DNA from: Eledone cirrhosa | Taxonomy: Eukaryota | Assembly: GCA_964016885.1 (NCBI GenBank) | Contig: OZ024747.1 | Location: 26,102,001 to 26,166,000 of the forward strand | Reading direction: 5' to 3' | Length of the DNA stretch: 64,000 bases | Part shown: positions 63,620 through 64,000 of the stretch, piece by piece | Layout: each line of letters opens with the position of its first letter | How positions within the stretch are numbered: the stretch's first letter is position 1 | Position numbers and translations under genes: made by a program | The notes under the pieces: model-generated | Seen by the model: only the letters and a program-made list of their open reading frames with translations | What the model was told of the DNA's origin: nothing | The model's database searches: none

Positions 63620-63899
63620 TATTAATAAAAGATCGGAGACCATGTTCAGTTGATTGAGGTTTATTTAAAACTCCGTTATACATATTTCACTGAGGACTAT
63701 CTGTTATGTTAGCCTGAGCTCTCGAGACGTCAACACCTAAAATAGGCATTGAAAGTTGCAAAGAAACCTTTAAATTTGGAAAAATCCAATAATTTCCTCG
63801 AAAAAGATTTTCTTTTCATGATACAGGGGGAGGGGGTGCTGAACGCGTGGTGTTGTTACTTCGAATCAACTGAACATGGCCTCCGATCTTTTATTAATA
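63620..63899. repeat. ~40-bp imperfect inverted repeat around a ~200-bp spacer, flanked by AT repeats
   Basis: TATTAATAAAAGATCGGAGACCATGTTCAGTTGATT / AATCAACTGAACATGGCCTCCGATCTTTTATTAATA. Confidence 0.85.
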
Positions 63900-64000
63900 T
63901 ATAATGCTCCGACTTGCACTATGCTTCGCAACCGACAGACCATAATGTGGTCCGCACATCTATGTGCGGTTAACCCCATACTCAAATACACACATACACA

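Overview
AT-rich, microsatellite-saturated eukaryotic DNA with no recognisable host exon, so it is intergenic or intronic. The SINE/LINE/microsatellite landscape looks like a cephalopod (Octopus-type) genome; this is an inference. The window is almost entirely transposon-derived. (i) Two head-to-tail full-length Tx1-like (L1 group) non-LTR retrotransposons lie in (ATT)n at 25286-37225; the second has intact ORF1 and ORF2. They have near-identical ORF2/3'UTR but very different 5'UTR/ORF1. (ii) A third, truncated Tx1-like copy lies in (GATA)n. (iii) R4/Dong-like RLE LINEs lie in (CATA)n, and there are CRE-like and RTE-like remnants. (iv) There is a Penelope-like GIY-YIG remnant, a deleted Helitron, mariner/pogo-type MITEs and about 20 copies of a tRNA-derived SINE. 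Two things stand out and are invisible in the ORF track. First, about 17 type I hammerhead ribozyme motifs from roughly ten apparently unrelated small non-coding elements occur, some with covarying stems and recurrent non-canonical cores (U4A, U3-A8, U10.1-U11.1). One is a ~430-nt circularly permuted retrozyme-like unit at 55.7-56.6 kb. Second, the dominant SINE appears partnered with the Tx1 LINE: they share a 3' terminal motif, and SINE TSDs begin with ATTA, matching the Tx1 (ATT)n target. All folds and alignments were done by eye. Most short ORFs in the track are microsatellite artefacts.
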